From NCBI RefSeq assembly GCF_006345805.1, contig NC_042998.1, forward strand, positions 126,790,001-126,854,000: a stretch of 64,000 nucleotides of DNA. Reading direction: 5' to 3'. A program made the translations under genes and the position numbers. The notes under the pieces are model-generated. The model made no database searches and had not been told where the DNA came from. It was given only the letters and a program-made list of their open reading frames with translations. Below, piece by piece: positions 38,658-53,415 of the stretch. The stretch's first letter is position 1; each line of letters opens with the position of its first letter. Source of the DNA: Octopus sinensis. Taxonomy: Eukaryota.

Positions 38658-41199
38658 TTATCAAAAGAAAAACAGGATGCAAAGGATTTTGAGGTACATA
38701 TGTTTCTGGCTTTATTGAACAATTTATATCAATGCATAATTGATATAACATGTAAGTCAACAGCCTTCTTCAGCCGCGTACAATTACCACACCAAAGACA
38801 TTATAGCAGGTTTAAGAAAATGTTTGGGAAAAAAACGAGTTTCATTGGGAAGGTAAATCCTCATAGTCGTATATGGCATAGCGAGACACCAAAACAAAAC
38901 GTCCATACCGTTTTTTCACTCGATACATATATATATATGTATGTACACACACACACACACACGAACACACCAGAAAAAAACACAGGTATGCATATATGTC
39001 CCTCCAGACAGATACATTAATTCATTCACATATAAATACATAAATTTACATACTCACGTTCACCGATCATTCATAGGCGCACGTACCCATGCATTCATCC
39101 AAAATATGTTCGCGCATTCTCGTGTAAACACCAAGCACTAATGCACACTTATATACACACGCACACACACATACAGTCACTCTCGCGCACACACACACTG
39201 ATGCAGCCAATAACACACACAGCTGACGTACACTGCTGACAAATACGCCTACGTATTCGCGCAGGCAAGCCCCACCACACGGTAATGTTTCTATTAGGCC
39301 TTCCAAAGCCCAAACAGACACCAGTCCAAAGAATTCTCCTTTCTAATGAGTCTAGTGTCACTGAAACGCCTAACTCACTTCTGGCAACATTATGTGATCT
39401 GCCTTAGCAGCTTAGTTTTCAGTAGACATCTTGGAATTTTTGTTCCTATTCGTTCGGTTAACTAAGCCTGAAGGAGCTAGGTTTCTGTAAAAAGGCCAGC
39501 GAAATTTGAATATATGTATATTCAAAAGACATTTCAAAGGACATTTAAAACTTTATTGCAAATTATATTTACTTTTTATTTACATACTATTAGAGATGTG
39601 TACATCGTTTGGAACAACTTAACTTTTGCTTTACGCTTTATCCAGGCAAGTCATAAGCCTGCTAACATACGATTTCTTTAAATTTCGTGCTGCTCTCTCA
39701 TTTTGAAATGAGCAGAATAGGAAGGCAACACTTCAAATTACACTTTCGAAGGATGCAGCTAATCAGTAATTTTAATTCTTTGTTGAATGGTGGCGCTGTG
39801 GTCACATATTTCAATGTGCTATTCTCATATTTCACCACAGTACATAATGCGATGAGAATTGTGGGCATACAGTTATACCTTCTTTTGTTATTAAGACTGT
39901 TTTAAGTTAAAACCCATACTAATGAAAGCTACTGGATTACTACAATTTCTAGTCTTCTTAGACCAAGCTTCACGCTCACTCACTAGCCCCTTATCTTTCT
40001 ATCAATCTCTCATTTAGAGTTTAGTTTACAAGAAACGACTGTAAATAACATAATGCAGCCTCTGGCATAATCTATTTAAAATTTGTTAATATATAATCTT
40101 CCCGTGAAAGCATCTTCGATTGAAAATTTGCTTGCTTTTCTCAAGGGAAGTTTGCAACATAAATATAATGTATATATGCTTAAATGGAATAATGTGAGTT
40201 AGCATTCTCGATCCAAATAGATTTCAAGAAGAATCGAAATTGTAATTCTTGAATTAATAATTGTCCATTCTCATTAATACCCATCAGTCTTTATGGTATG
40301 GGTATGTTTACATTTCAATTTGTGGCACTCCTTTGCAAATCTCTTGTATAAAGCTTAGAAATTTGTACATTATCAACGTTTGCTGCTTATTATAGTTTAT
40401 AGATTTGTTAAATTCAGAGAATCTTGTTAAGCCTAAAGGCATTGTCAGTGAAGTCTTAACACTGCCAAAACATTGTACATAAAAGACACCGAACGATACA
40501 GACATTCCACTTAATATAGACGTGTTTCAATCCTGATATCAGGATATCATTTTAACTACATTGTGATGAAGTATTTGCCACCTTCGAAGGAAGGTTTTGG
40601 ATTAGCAAGAGTGAGTTTGTCAATGGAACAGATTTCATTTTAAGAAGAAATTGTTTCCTCGGCCTTCACAAACCTTCGAAATTTTATTCAGTTTGAATCG
40701 CTGTAATTTGACATTTGTAGGGAAAAATGTGAATGGGAACAAAATTCCAGAAGTTTGACATTTTATTAGCGAAGGATAGAAATAGTGACGAGTGCCAAGA
40801 TCAGGGTGAGGAAACCCACAACATTCTACGAGAGGCAGAGGACGGTGTGTCAGATAGAAATTGTCGGAGGAGTTTAGGAGGACGCAGAGAAGGCAACTGT
40901 AACTGTCTTGGTATAAAAGATGGGCTGCAGCAAATATTCATATCTGCTTGTTAGTTGTTCGACCTTAACCAGTTGAACATGCCCCTTGGTGGCTGACGAT
41001 GTGTACATCTCTGACCACGAGCAGAAGTAGTCGGGGAGCAATTTTTTGGGTTTCGGATAATTCACCTTTGGAAACATGGATGTGTTGTTCATCATCCTTA
41101 AACAACTCGGAATCTTGGGGTCAGTAGCCCGCGCTCTAAACCACTACGCCATATGCCCGTGGGCAATTATGGAGTGAATTTTAGGGCTTATAAATCTAA

Positions 41200-41930
41200 T
41201 ATTTTTCTATCCTTCCTTAATATCGGTTCCCATACACTGCTCATATCTGCACTCGGTCTACTTAGGAGGTTGTTGTGGCCTAGCAAATGTGCAGCATCTT
41301 TTAGTTTTCGTATTTTCTAGTGGTGTTCTCTGTCTATTATTTTAACTTCACCCCACAGGAGGAAGTGGTCTCCATTTTTCCATACATGGTCAGCTATACC
41401 CGATTTGTCAATATCTCCTCGTGTCACAGCTTTGAGGGGATGTCATGTTTCACCTTTGTAAAACCTATCACAGCTGCATGGGATGGAGTACACACAGTCT
41501 TTGGTCATATTCTCTTCTATTGGTGGTTTTACTCGAAGGAGATATTTGCGAAGTGTTGTATAACTGTTGAATACAGTCCTGACGTCATATGGGCCGCATA
41601 TCTTTTGTATCTTTTCGGAGAGGCCTTTCACATAGGGTAGACAAAGTGCAGACAGTTTATTGGCCTCATCCTCTCTCTTCTTCATAATTGGCGTGGATAG
41701 TATACTTTTGGGTTAGTTGTTGCCTAACAGATGGTTATTGAGCTTGATCATTTCTTCGTGGAGTGCATCACGATCGCTACTTATATTACTTGCATGATGT
41801 TTTAGGCACTGAGCGATCCCTTTCTTTACACTCTATGGATGGTGGCAATTGAAGTTGAGGTATCGTCCAGTAAAGGTCGGCTTGCGGCATACGGATGTTG
41901 TGAATCCATACTTTGTGCATGTTATTAATG
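41200..41930 (-). mobile_element. Penelope-like element remnant (RT thumb plus GIY-YIG endonuclease)
   Basis: Minus frames CRKPTFTGRYLNFNCHHP (PLE thumb), LPYVKGLSEKIQKIC, VYSIPCSCDRFYKGET (degenerate GIY-YIG) and IIDREHH*KIRKLKDA. Confidence 0.85.
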
Positions 41931-42304
41931 ATTTGCGGTATTTGTTCCAGCTATTTTCATTCTGAGCTCAAATCCCGCCGAGGTAAATTTTATTTTCCAC
42001 TCCTTCCCCGCCCCCGAGCTGATGGTGTAAAGTACCTTCAAATAATTGATTAACCTCTCTCCCTAGAATTTCTAGTTTTGTACCTAAATAAGATGATTAT
42101 TTGACGAAAGCTTAATGTCGACTATATACAACATTGCAATCTCAAGCATGTTGTGTCGGTCGGCAAGTTGGCGGGTTGTTTTAAATGCCCTCACAGACAA
42201 TCAATATATCTACTTGAACATACTTCGTACAGACCTACGTAATTTTATATTTTCCTATACCCCTTCACTCTATATAAATAACTTCCCTTTATATTTGTAT
42301 ATTC

Positions 42305-42593
<289 letters not shown>

Positions 42594-42881
42594 ACACAAA
42601 ATATTCCAATTAAAGTAAATGACCGGAATTACCACTAGTTACTGCAATTGAGTGTGTGCCTAAAATAAATAACTCCTTTAACAAGAGGCTTGTAAACAGT
42701 GACTTGTAGTACGACGCGTACTTTCAGCAAAGGAACATTTGGAATAATTGCAACATTTGGAAAAAATCTTAGCTACTACTGAGGATGACTATTCGAAAAA
42801 CACCTGCAGTACTGTTGATGTCATGTTAATCACATACGTAAATGCGAATTCCTAAATAAAGAGAACATATGAAAGCCACAA

Positions 42882-42935
<54 letters not shown>

Positions 42936-42959
42936 TGGAGCGAAAAAGAGAGAAGGCGG

Positions 42960-43150
42960 GAGCCCTTGTGTGGTCGCTCGACTTGCTAGAGATAGTAGCG
43001 AAATCTCTTTCAAATCACGTCTGATCGTCTTCAGAAAATAGAGGTAGATATGATATTTTTACGTAGTACCTTAGACGTGAATGAAACTGTAACAGTAGAA
43101 ACACATTGGATAATATAATCCTAGACATACTTCGTCGAATAGAAGACATG
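42960..43150 (+). mobile_element. Dispersed repeat family D copy
   Basis: tggtcgctcgacttgctagagatagtagcgaaatctctttcaaatcac...cacattggataatataatcctaga resembles 61915-62100. Confidence 0.4.
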
Positions 43151-44708
43151 ATGTTGATAGATGGAAGTCATCAAAGAAAATCTAGGATGAATTAGCAACA
43201 AAAATATAAAAAAAAGAACCAATAAAATACAGACACAGGCACGTTCCAGTGAATTTGTTAAAATCTCATTCTTTTACGTCATTCTCTCAATTATTTATAT
43301 TAATTTCTTACTTAGACGTAATCAGCTGTCTATGGGAAGCTAATGAGTACGCATTACGTTCATTCCTTCTTTTATGGGCATTAATTTCTTCAGAATGGAA
43401 TATACGGAAAGTGATCTAAAAATGCACTGATAATTAACAGCGCCACAAATATCGAAACACTGCACATTCAAATTCAAATTCTTAACTTGCATAGTATACA
43501 CACTTTTTATGAACACATACAAGCTCAATACCCCTTCAATTTTCACTGGACGGACAGACACTCCACAAACGAGATTACTTAATTTTAAGTTGTTGCTTAA
43601 ATACAAGCCAGGCTGAGTAGACCTATATTGAGAGACTTCTCTGTCGTGACTATCCAGCATTTTGTGTTTATATATCGCTCTTTATTTTTTACGACAAAAG
43701 CTATGCTTTGAGAGAGAACTGGCAGCTATTTTTATTGGGATGGCCTACTGCACCTTTCAGAGAAAGTCAAAACCTTATATAACTACAATTAAAGACATTT
43801 ATTTTCTTATCATAAATTTATTTCTGAGATCATAGTCTCCGTTTTGTGATTTTTCATTAAATGAAGAACCTTTCCAGAGAAACGACAAACAACAAAGGAC
43901 ACAAAACAAACACAATCAAACACTGCATAAAATGTTTTATCTTTGTATTTATATGGCTTTGTCAGATGTGAAAGAGTAGAGGTCAAAACACTTTTACAAG
44001 ACCCCTTATCCAAATGGGAAGATATTCTCAGAACGTTAATCTAGCCCGAATGCTTGTACTATGCTACTGATCATTCGAGGATCAGATGTGGTTGTTAAAC
44101 TGAACAATCGATTATGTCAAAGATCCGGGGACTGGAATAAGTGTTTAATCGATTTTCCAAAATTCCCATCAATGATATTTCACTCACAATGCGTTGTTCG
44201 GTCCGGGCTATAGTAGAAGCTTACAAAAAAAGTAAACAGAAACAGCGGTATTGCAGAGTGAGTTTCTTAATGATATAGCCATGTCTAGCTCTTAACAGAA
44301 GATGAAGTTGTTAATGACATTTAGGACGTAATACTATGTTAATAACTGGCGATCTTTTAAAATTCAGTACACCTCTAGTAACTTCAGCTGATCATCGTTG
44401 CTGTAATATGTTACATAAGGTTCCCAATAGAGAAAAATATTAATTTCCACACATTGCCACGTGCAGATAGATTTACTGCTTGTTATATACTTACATATGC
44501 TGTTTTGTATACATGACAAAACAGTAAATCACAAGGGTATAGCGGCGGAGGTGTTTAATCATATCTAAGGTTCCCAATAGAGAAAAAATATCAATTTCTG
44601 CAAAGCAACATGCCAATGGCATATAAATGTGCCAGTGAATACGATGTAATGTCATGGTCATTCAACACGCTAGAAAAAGTAATCAAATCTTCCACAAATG
44701 AAATCATA

Positions 44709-44916
44709 CGAGGGGCTACTGAAAAGTTCCTGGCTTTGAGTAAAAGAAAATACAGGAGTATCAGTCAATTATGATTTTATTCTCCTTCAGATTCACTCAC
44801 TTATTGCAGCGGTCCTTTAGTTTTTGTAAGCCTTGTGAAAGATGTCGGACAGTTGGGCCTCCAACCATGCCTTTCGTGATTCCCTTAAAGCCAGGAACTT
44901 TTCAGCACCCATCTCG
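44709..44916. mobile_element. Mariner-derived MITE (208 bp)
   Basis: TIRs cgaggggctactgaaaagttcctggcttt and aaagccaggaacttttcagcacccatctcg. TA on the left; the right flank reads AA rather than TA. Confidence 0.85.
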
Positions 44917-45560
44917 AAGTCTGAAAAAGAGGGCACATTTATGATGTAGTCTCAGATACAACTATAGCAAAATATCTCAAGAGATCCATGATTGTAACGC
45001 CTTTGAAAAAACGTTATTCGGTGAGAGATAGCCTGGTGATTAACAACAATAAGCTATACCATAAATTTAGGTAAACTGAGGCAATGGAGGTACACGTCTG
45101 CTATCTCAGTTCACAAAAGACCAGATATATGTTGAGAGCACAAACAAATGACGAGACACATAACAAAATATCTGAAATGAATAAAATATCAATTCCAGAT
45201 TCGTAGATCGATTGTATGATACTTTTCCCACTTTGCTATTTCGCCTTTGTTCTTTTATACTAATACAGCCAAAATTAAAACAATAGAGACTTGGCTCTCA
45301 TTTCAAACCCATGATATAGTTCAGCCATATGATATACACTACCACTCCCTATGGAGTATGTGGTTATAAAAATGTGGCGTTGCTGTGTTAAATACAAACA
45401 CATACACACAGCTATTGACGACTTGGTGTTCTTTCACTCAAAAGTAAGTTATCAGCCAAATCAATAAATCAAACCGATAAAAAAAATACAGCCTACACAA
45501 CTAAACAGGCTAGTTCAAGCTATTTACATACTTATCTACTTATGTCCATAATGGTCTATA

Positions 45561-45985
<425 letters not shown>

Positions 45986-47825
45986 CAACACAAAGTGACG
46001 CGTGCACATGATCACACCGCATGCACACACACAATACGCAACTACACATAGACATAATAGTACATTTATCTGTACATATATATACATAGAGACACCTAAG
46101 CCATTCATATACACATGTATACATACAAACACACACACACACACACACGCACACAGTGTTTCCATCTACCAAATTCCACTCATCATGAATTGGTCAATCA
46201 CGGCTAATGTAGAAGAGAGTTGCCCAAATTACCAACGTGTTGGGGTTGAAATGGAGTCCTCGAATATGTGAAACCACACAACCATATCTGCGCATCTATA
46301 CTTAACTATCTGTGAACACACGTATCGATGTTTTTCCACACATTGCCACGTGCAGATAGATTTACTGCTTGTTATATACTTACATATGCTGTTTTGTATA
46401 CATGACAAAACAGTAAATCACAAGGGCATAGCGGCGGAGGTGTTTAATCATATCTTTCGTGTAAAGAAGACTAACTCCTTGCCATTAATTCATGCCTGGT
46501 ATAAAATCAAAATAATGGTCAACGTCTTTAGATAAAAGCAGAGTACCACCACATTTTCTTTTTTGAAAAGGGTATGGAATTAAACAGGCAAAACTATACG
46601 CATCTCACTGCTTCGAAAAGATCATAGAAAGTCAAGAAACTGGTATTAGCCAACTCAGGTTGCAGAATCGTCAAAAGAAATTCTAATTGAATTGATCAAG
46701 ATCTATACAATTCTCAAATGGGATGTAAAATATCCCATCACTTCACATTTACAGTATGAATTCCCTACTGTAGAAGATGGTTGAAGCAGGAATTATGATT
46801 TTAACAAAATCGATAATAAAACACAGAAATACGTCTGCTGTCATTATACGGACAAACTTGTGAACGAATAGAAACTAGTAAATGATACAAAGACTCCAAA
46901 ATACAGCTCTTAGTCAGATTTGAGTTGATCAGCACTATTTACACCAAGAAGATACTATATGAAAGGAAGGTTGTAACACAAGTCAATAGGATATGAAGAC
47001 CATTGTGTGAGAAAGTATATTTCTTGGACCCATAATAGACACATTACATCCTGTTTAGAGGGATACATCTCTGCTATCCTATGTAGGAGGTGACTACTAA
47101 ATATCCCGACGTTGCGCCAGAAAATGTCGATTGTGCACTAGCTATGCAGAAGTATGGAAGGTATCTGCCGCATCATCAGCTATTGTTAAAAACGTATGCA
47201 AAGTACCTGCCGTTCCATGAAACTTGAAATTGTTGTTTAAACTATTTATAATACTATTCCCAAGAAGAATTGCTGAAAGTGTCATAACAAGGGTATACCA
47301 AAACCAGAATGTATTCACAGTTTAAAAGAAAAACAAGGAATAAACTTTTAAAATTAAGCAATAAAAACACAATCTAATGCTACAGCAGATTCGACACAGC
47401 TGTTGAGACGGAATAAAATCCATACAGCCCTGGAGAGGTCAATTGCCCAGAGGATAGAAATATCGCGTATAAATTTGTGAAAGGGTGAACAATGCGGAAC
47501 TTATAGCTCCACATATAAGGTTTTCCTTTTGTACTTACTTTTATTAAGCACTGGGATATGTAACAAGACTTGCTTAAGTATCTAAAACTGCTGAGTTTTG
47601 AAAAGAAAAGCAAACATGAAAATTAAACATATGAAGCTGACTTGTATCTTCCGAACCGAACCAATTATTAGAACAGTAAAGGCTTGTAAAATATTCCAAA
47701 TGGTCTTCATTTTGGGTTTTCTGGATAAATACACGCGCGCGCACACGCACGCAAGTACACACACACACACACACACACACAATAACACATAATGTATATG
47801 CATATGGTATAAACATATTCATAAA

Positions 47826-47989
47826 GAGGAGCAGTAGTGGCTGTGTAATAAGAAGCTCGCTTACCAACCACATGGTTCCGGATTCATTCCTACTGCGTGA
47901 GACGTTGGGCAAGTGCCTTCAACTATAGCCCCGGGCCGATCAAAGCCTTGTGAGTAGATTTCGTAGACAGAAACTGAATGAAGCCCGTC

Positions 47990-48047
<58 letters not shown>

Positions 48048-48260
48048 TTGTGTGTCTGTGTTTGCCCCCTATCATCACTTGACACCGATGCTGGTGTGTT
48101 TATGTCCCCGTAACTTTGCTTTTCGGCAAAAGAGACCGATAGAATAAGTATTAGGCTTACAAAGAATAAGTCATAAGTCCTGGGGTTGATTTGTTCGACT
48201 AAAGGCGGTGCTCCAGCATAGTCGCAATCAAATGACTGAAACAAGTAAAAAGATAAAGAG
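47826..48260 (+). mobile_element. SINE family C, full length, with internal (TA)n
   Basis: Head agtggctgtgtaataagaagctcgcttacc, body gaagcccgtcg-(TA)n-gtgtctgtgtttgcccc, tail aaaggcggtgctccagcat...aaatgactgaaacaagtaaaa. Colinear with 54796-55227. Confidence 0.85.
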
Positions 48261-50007
48261 TAATCGTATATATTTGTGTACTAAACATACATGTTAGTCC
48301 ATAACCTGAGTGCAAGTATATCTACATATGCTCAAGCACATGCGTTCACAAACTCCTTCACATATTCGCAAATCTGTAGAACTGCAACCGGCATGAATTC
48401 TCCCCCAAGAATTTAAACCTCAATGAAAAAACACATTGATACCTACACATTGGTACACAAATCAATACTTAAGTTATGAAATTATGATTGCAAACAACAA
48501 TTCCAATTTCTTCGTTCAAGATCGTTTGTATTCTAGCGAATATTGTGAAAAATTTTATCAAGATATTTTACACTTAGAAGGTAAATTTCAAGATGTCAAT
48601 GTGAGTGATGCATGAGGATTAGGTAGACAGTAGTGATAGTGTTAACAATGTTGATGAAAATAGCAGTTATTATGATGAGTGCAGTAAAAACTATGACACA
48701 GAAAATGGTGATAATGATAACGAGGAAACGAAAAATACGAGGAAAATGAAATACAACTATAGCCATTGCGTTCAAACAGAGCATATGCATGTATAATGAC
48801 TTGGATTTTTGACAAACTTCAGAATTGCCAAACATTTCAACAAACACATTCAATCTCTTCACTTTCTTCTGCTTTGTAGGAAAAGAGAATACCCCACCCA
48901 ATTCTTTCTCTTCTTAAAAGGTACTAAGCCGCCTGAAGTCTAACTGTACTATTAAAAGAATTAGCTTTACTAGTGTGTGAGATTAATTATAAAGAAGAAA
49001 TAAATGAACTCGCTGTTATTCTTCGTCCCGCCATCAAATTCTTCCGTACCAATTTAATCTTATTGTCATTTCAAATCTCACTGTGTGATGTCTCGACTCA
49101 CCAATTAGTTTGTTCACATATAAAAGAAGAAAATCTCTTAACAACTTATTTAACTTTATGATTAGTAGTGTTAAGCTGGAATAATTTATTCCATACGAAG
49201 TCCGTTTGCAGACATTCTTCCTTCCAGGCGAGATCTTAAAATAGAATAAAGATAAACTATTTATTTCACAACAGGGATGACACTGATCAACATCTGCGTT
49301 AAATATATTTGATTCTACTGTAAACGTCGAGTGGATGGTTATAAGTCTTTTTTGTCTCCAGGGAGAAAGAGAAAGAGAGAGAGAGAGAGAGAAAAAGAGA
49401 GAAAGAGAGAGTGAGAGAGAGAAAGAGAGAAGCAGCATGAATGGATTGATGAACAAACAGAAGACAGACACACAAACAAACAGACACACAGACAGACACA
49501 CAGACCGACTGGTAAATGGTATATGTACTTGTGTATATGCATGTCTACTAGAGTGCTACCCATTATGTGATGTTAATGACAGCTATATATTTTTTACTAT
49601 ATAACGATTGCACATAGGTACAATCATTACAGTTTCACTCTTTTTGAATTTCATGCTGTTTATACGAAATGATTTTCAATATATATATATTTCTCAAATT
49701 AAAACCAAAATTGAATTAATTAAATTAATTTCTGTTTTACCCACTTGCTATTAAATATACCTCATCAATAAAAATGATGCCGTTTAGCATGAATCACTTA
49801 AAGATATATCGTAATATCACGAAAGTGGCAAAAGTGTATTTCTAACATTACCTGATATTTGATAGTTGCCAATTTAATTAGTATATTCCAACCAGAGGTG
49901 ATAAATTCGATAAGATCAGAGTTATCACCTTAGGGAAACAAACAAACAGAGATATAGATACACACTTCTAATTTTATTGATGTATATGTGTGTGTATGTA
50001 TTAATAC

Positions 50008-50053
<46 letters not shown>

Positions 50054-50098
50054 ATATATATATATATAATTATATATATATATATATATATATTATAA

Positions 50099-50141
<43 letters not shown>

Positions 50142-50271
50142 CTTACGTGTGAATATGTACATATATATGTGTGTGTGTATGTATATCTATATACGCACAC
50201 ATATATATGTATAAATATACACACATTCTATCTATATAGGTATACATACATAAATTATATATATATTATAT

Positions 50272-50453
50272 TATTCTTTTATTTGTTTCAGTCATTTGAC
50301 TGCGGCTATGCTGGAGCACAGCCTTTAGTCGAAGAAATCGATCCCAGGTCTTATTCTTTGCAAGCCTAGTATTTATTCTATCGGCAACTTTTACCGAACC
50401 GCTAGTTACCATCGGTTGTAAGGCGATGGTAGGGGAAAAACACACACACAAAC

Positions 50454-50546
<93 letters not shown>

Positions 50547-50594
50547 CGACGGGCTTTTTTTCAGTTTCCGTCTACCAAATCCACTCACAAGACT
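50272..50594 (-). mobile_element. SINE family C, 5'-truncated, with internal (TG)n on the element strand
   Basis: Reverse complement of the family C tail and body. A (CA)n array at about 50449-50540 occupies the position of the TA array in the other copies. Confidence 0.8.
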
Positions 50595-50618
50595 ACTTAA
50601 CACACAGCCACCCCTGCG

Positions 50619-50684
<66 letters not shown>

Positions 50685-50814
50685 TACTTGGAGAAAAAAA
50701 AGAAACGAAACGAAACGACGCGAGGGCGCTCAGTCATACAATAATTTAATAAATAAAATATATGCATACATACATACATGTATGTACGTACATACATCTA
50801 CATGTATATATACA

Positions 50815-50885
<71 letters not shown>

Positions 50886-51558
50886 GAGTACAGGACACCA
50901 TATATATATATATACACACACATAATACATACATACATGCATATATGTATATATATATATATACATATATACACATTATATCTATATCAAGATATATACA
51001 TGGATTATATATGTGTGTGTGTGTAAGCATATATAAAAATATGCGTGTGTGTGTGCGTGTCTGCCTTGCTAAACACTGCCAAGTAATTAGACCGCTTTTG
51101 TATCATATGAGTGGCTGTTGGAGTACTTTTATACAAAATATCATGTATGATACGTTGTTACCTTTATCTTTGAACATAATTTATTTATTATTTCGCTTGA
51201 GTTGAGAGTACCATATTTCGATAATGTAAGTGTTGTAGTGAGATGGTAATTCCTTCAGGAGCGAAGTTTTCTACCTAATTCCGATTCCAAGATGTATCTA
51301 CCGAGTTTTTCAAATATATGAAGGAGACAAATTATTCCTCCATTCTCTAAAATTACATGGTCTTCTGCTACTTAATCAAAAATAAGTTAACCTCTCAAGT
51401 AAGTTCTTTGAAAGCCAACAATAGACAAAATTAGGATTTCCTTTCCAAAACATTTAATTTCAGTTATTTCGTTGGTTGTTACCACTTCCACTTTCACACA
51501 CACATTAGTCTCCTCTCACCCCTATCTCTCTGTATATATATATATATATATATATATA

Positions 51559-51692
51559 GTGTAGGTGCGTGGCTTAGTGGTTAGGGTATTGGACTGATGA
51601 TCGTAAGATTGTGGTTTCAATTCCTGGACAAGGCCACATGTTGTGTACTTGAGTAAAACACTTCATTTCACGTTGCTCCAGTTCACTCAGTG
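51559..51692 (+). mobile_element. SINE family B head fragment
   Basis: ggcttagtggttagggtattgg...gtttcaattcctgg...tgtacttgagtaaaacacttcatttcacgttgctcc. Confidence 0.65.
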
Positions 51693-51709
51693 CAGGCGGC
51701 TTTCGAATA

Positions 51710-52800
51710 CCGTAATGGTATCACTCAGACCTGGTAAACAACAGCAGCAAAAATAAATATATTAATGCAGTCCTGAAAAGTGAACAACATTGTACGAGTT
51801 GGCAGTGAGCTTCTCAAGAAACTCTCCCTTCCTGATGATCTCCTATACCACCTCAGAACACCTGGGCTCTCTTACTTCCGAGAAGACCTGGATGGAAAGC
51901 GCTCAACCTACAAAAACAAGGCCATGCATGGGTATGTTGCGCAGAAGCTTGAAGAAGACAATAGAATTGACACGAAGTGCAGTCTCTTTTGGACGTAAGT
52001 CCACTACATCTCATCACATCTTGAAGGCTATGCGTTTGCAATCCAGGAACAGGAGATTGCCACAAAGTACCTGGTGAATACGAGAGATAGTGACACTCTT
52101 GTAATCCCAAGGTCCAACTGCATATGTAGGCTGTCATGTTTCTGTGGAAGTCATAACGCATGTGATTAGCAGCTGTCCTAAAATGTCATCACGGAACTAC
52201 CTACCTGTGCAGCACGATGTTGTTGCTAAACAATTTACAATGTCATCCGCAAAAAAGACTGTCCTGAAATAAACTTAGAAAATCCATCTGTTATGGAATA
52301 CATTCATAAACACCAACTCAAGTAATACTGGTGGAATATTCTCATCAAAACAACTGTCAAATGTAGGCACCAGAGGCCGGATATTGTTGTTTGGGACAGA
52401 GGAGCAAAGGTATGTACCATTATATAGGTTAGCTGCCCTGCAGATATAAATGTCACTTTGAAAATCAGAGAAAAGGAGGATATCCATGGACAGCTTCTTC
52501 GAAACTCCCAGCTTCTATATCCAGACTATGAATTCATATTCATATCAATAATAGTTGGAGCACTAGGTTTTGTTAGTAAATGCTTAAAGGAGAATCACGA
52601 TAAATTGGGATTTTCAGAAAGAGAAATCGACCGGCTCACACGTACATTACAAGTGCAATTTGTGAATAGAACAGTAAAAATATGCAAGACTATTCTCAAG
52701 TTCCTAATGTGAATTTGTCTGTGTTAATTACATCCCAAAGATGGAGACTTGTATCTTTGTTGGAAACCGGTTCCCTCCTCAGTGGAAGATTTATAATAAT
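51710..52800 (+). mobile_element. Decayed REL-endonuclease non-LTR retrotransposon (R4/R2 group), zinc knuckle plus REL
   Basis: Frameshifted EGYAFAIQEQEIATKY, CRL..SVEVITHVISSCP (CCHC), WWNILIKT...HQRPDIVVWD...VSCPADINVTLKIREK...IIVGALG. Distinct from the 17.5 kb and 63.5 kb family. Confidence 0.8.
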
Positions 52801-52914
52801 TAAAAATAGAAGATACACACACACACATATATATATATAAGCATTATAATCGTTTAAATGTTCATGATCACGTGATTTTTTCCATGCTTGCATGCGATGG
52901 ACGGAGTGTACCTA

Positions 52915-53070
52915 GGTAGATTTTCTTCGGTAGGCTACCATTCCTGTCGCCAACCATTCTCTGTTTCCAAGCAAGGTAATAATTCCCCTTTGCCAGACAT
53001 GTTTCAGTCTTAGAAATGAATGACACTGTTTTTTAACAGCGACACTACCAAGTGATGTCAAGACGAAGGA
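52915..53070 (+). mobile_element. SINE/LINE-tail related dispersed repeat
   Basis: ccattcctgtcgccaacc...tttccaagcaaggtaat...gccagacatgttt resembles RTE-related SINE tails (recalled, not searched). Confidence 0.35.
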
Positions 53071-53372
53071 GACACGAAGATACATGCATGCACGTACACA
53101 CGCACATGCACGCACACACACACGCACACACACACACACACTCATTGACACACACGCACGCTCTCATACGTACATATGTATCATGTAAGACATATACCAT
53201 ACTGACAGAAGTACGTGTTATTCTGTAATAGGCTTTTCAAAGTACGCCTTAAAGATTAGCAACCTAACATATCGGAAACTATTATTGCTTTCTTTTTACC
53301 TAATCTATATTTTCTTTTCTCATGGGATGCACACACACACACACACAACACACACACACACACACACGCACA

Positions 53373-53415
<43 letters not shown>

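Noticed and set aside
43000-43034. Minus-strand CTGAAGA...GATCA/TGATT...GAAA
   Set aside because: It lies in repeat family D, whose other copies lack these bases, and has no stem I or III.
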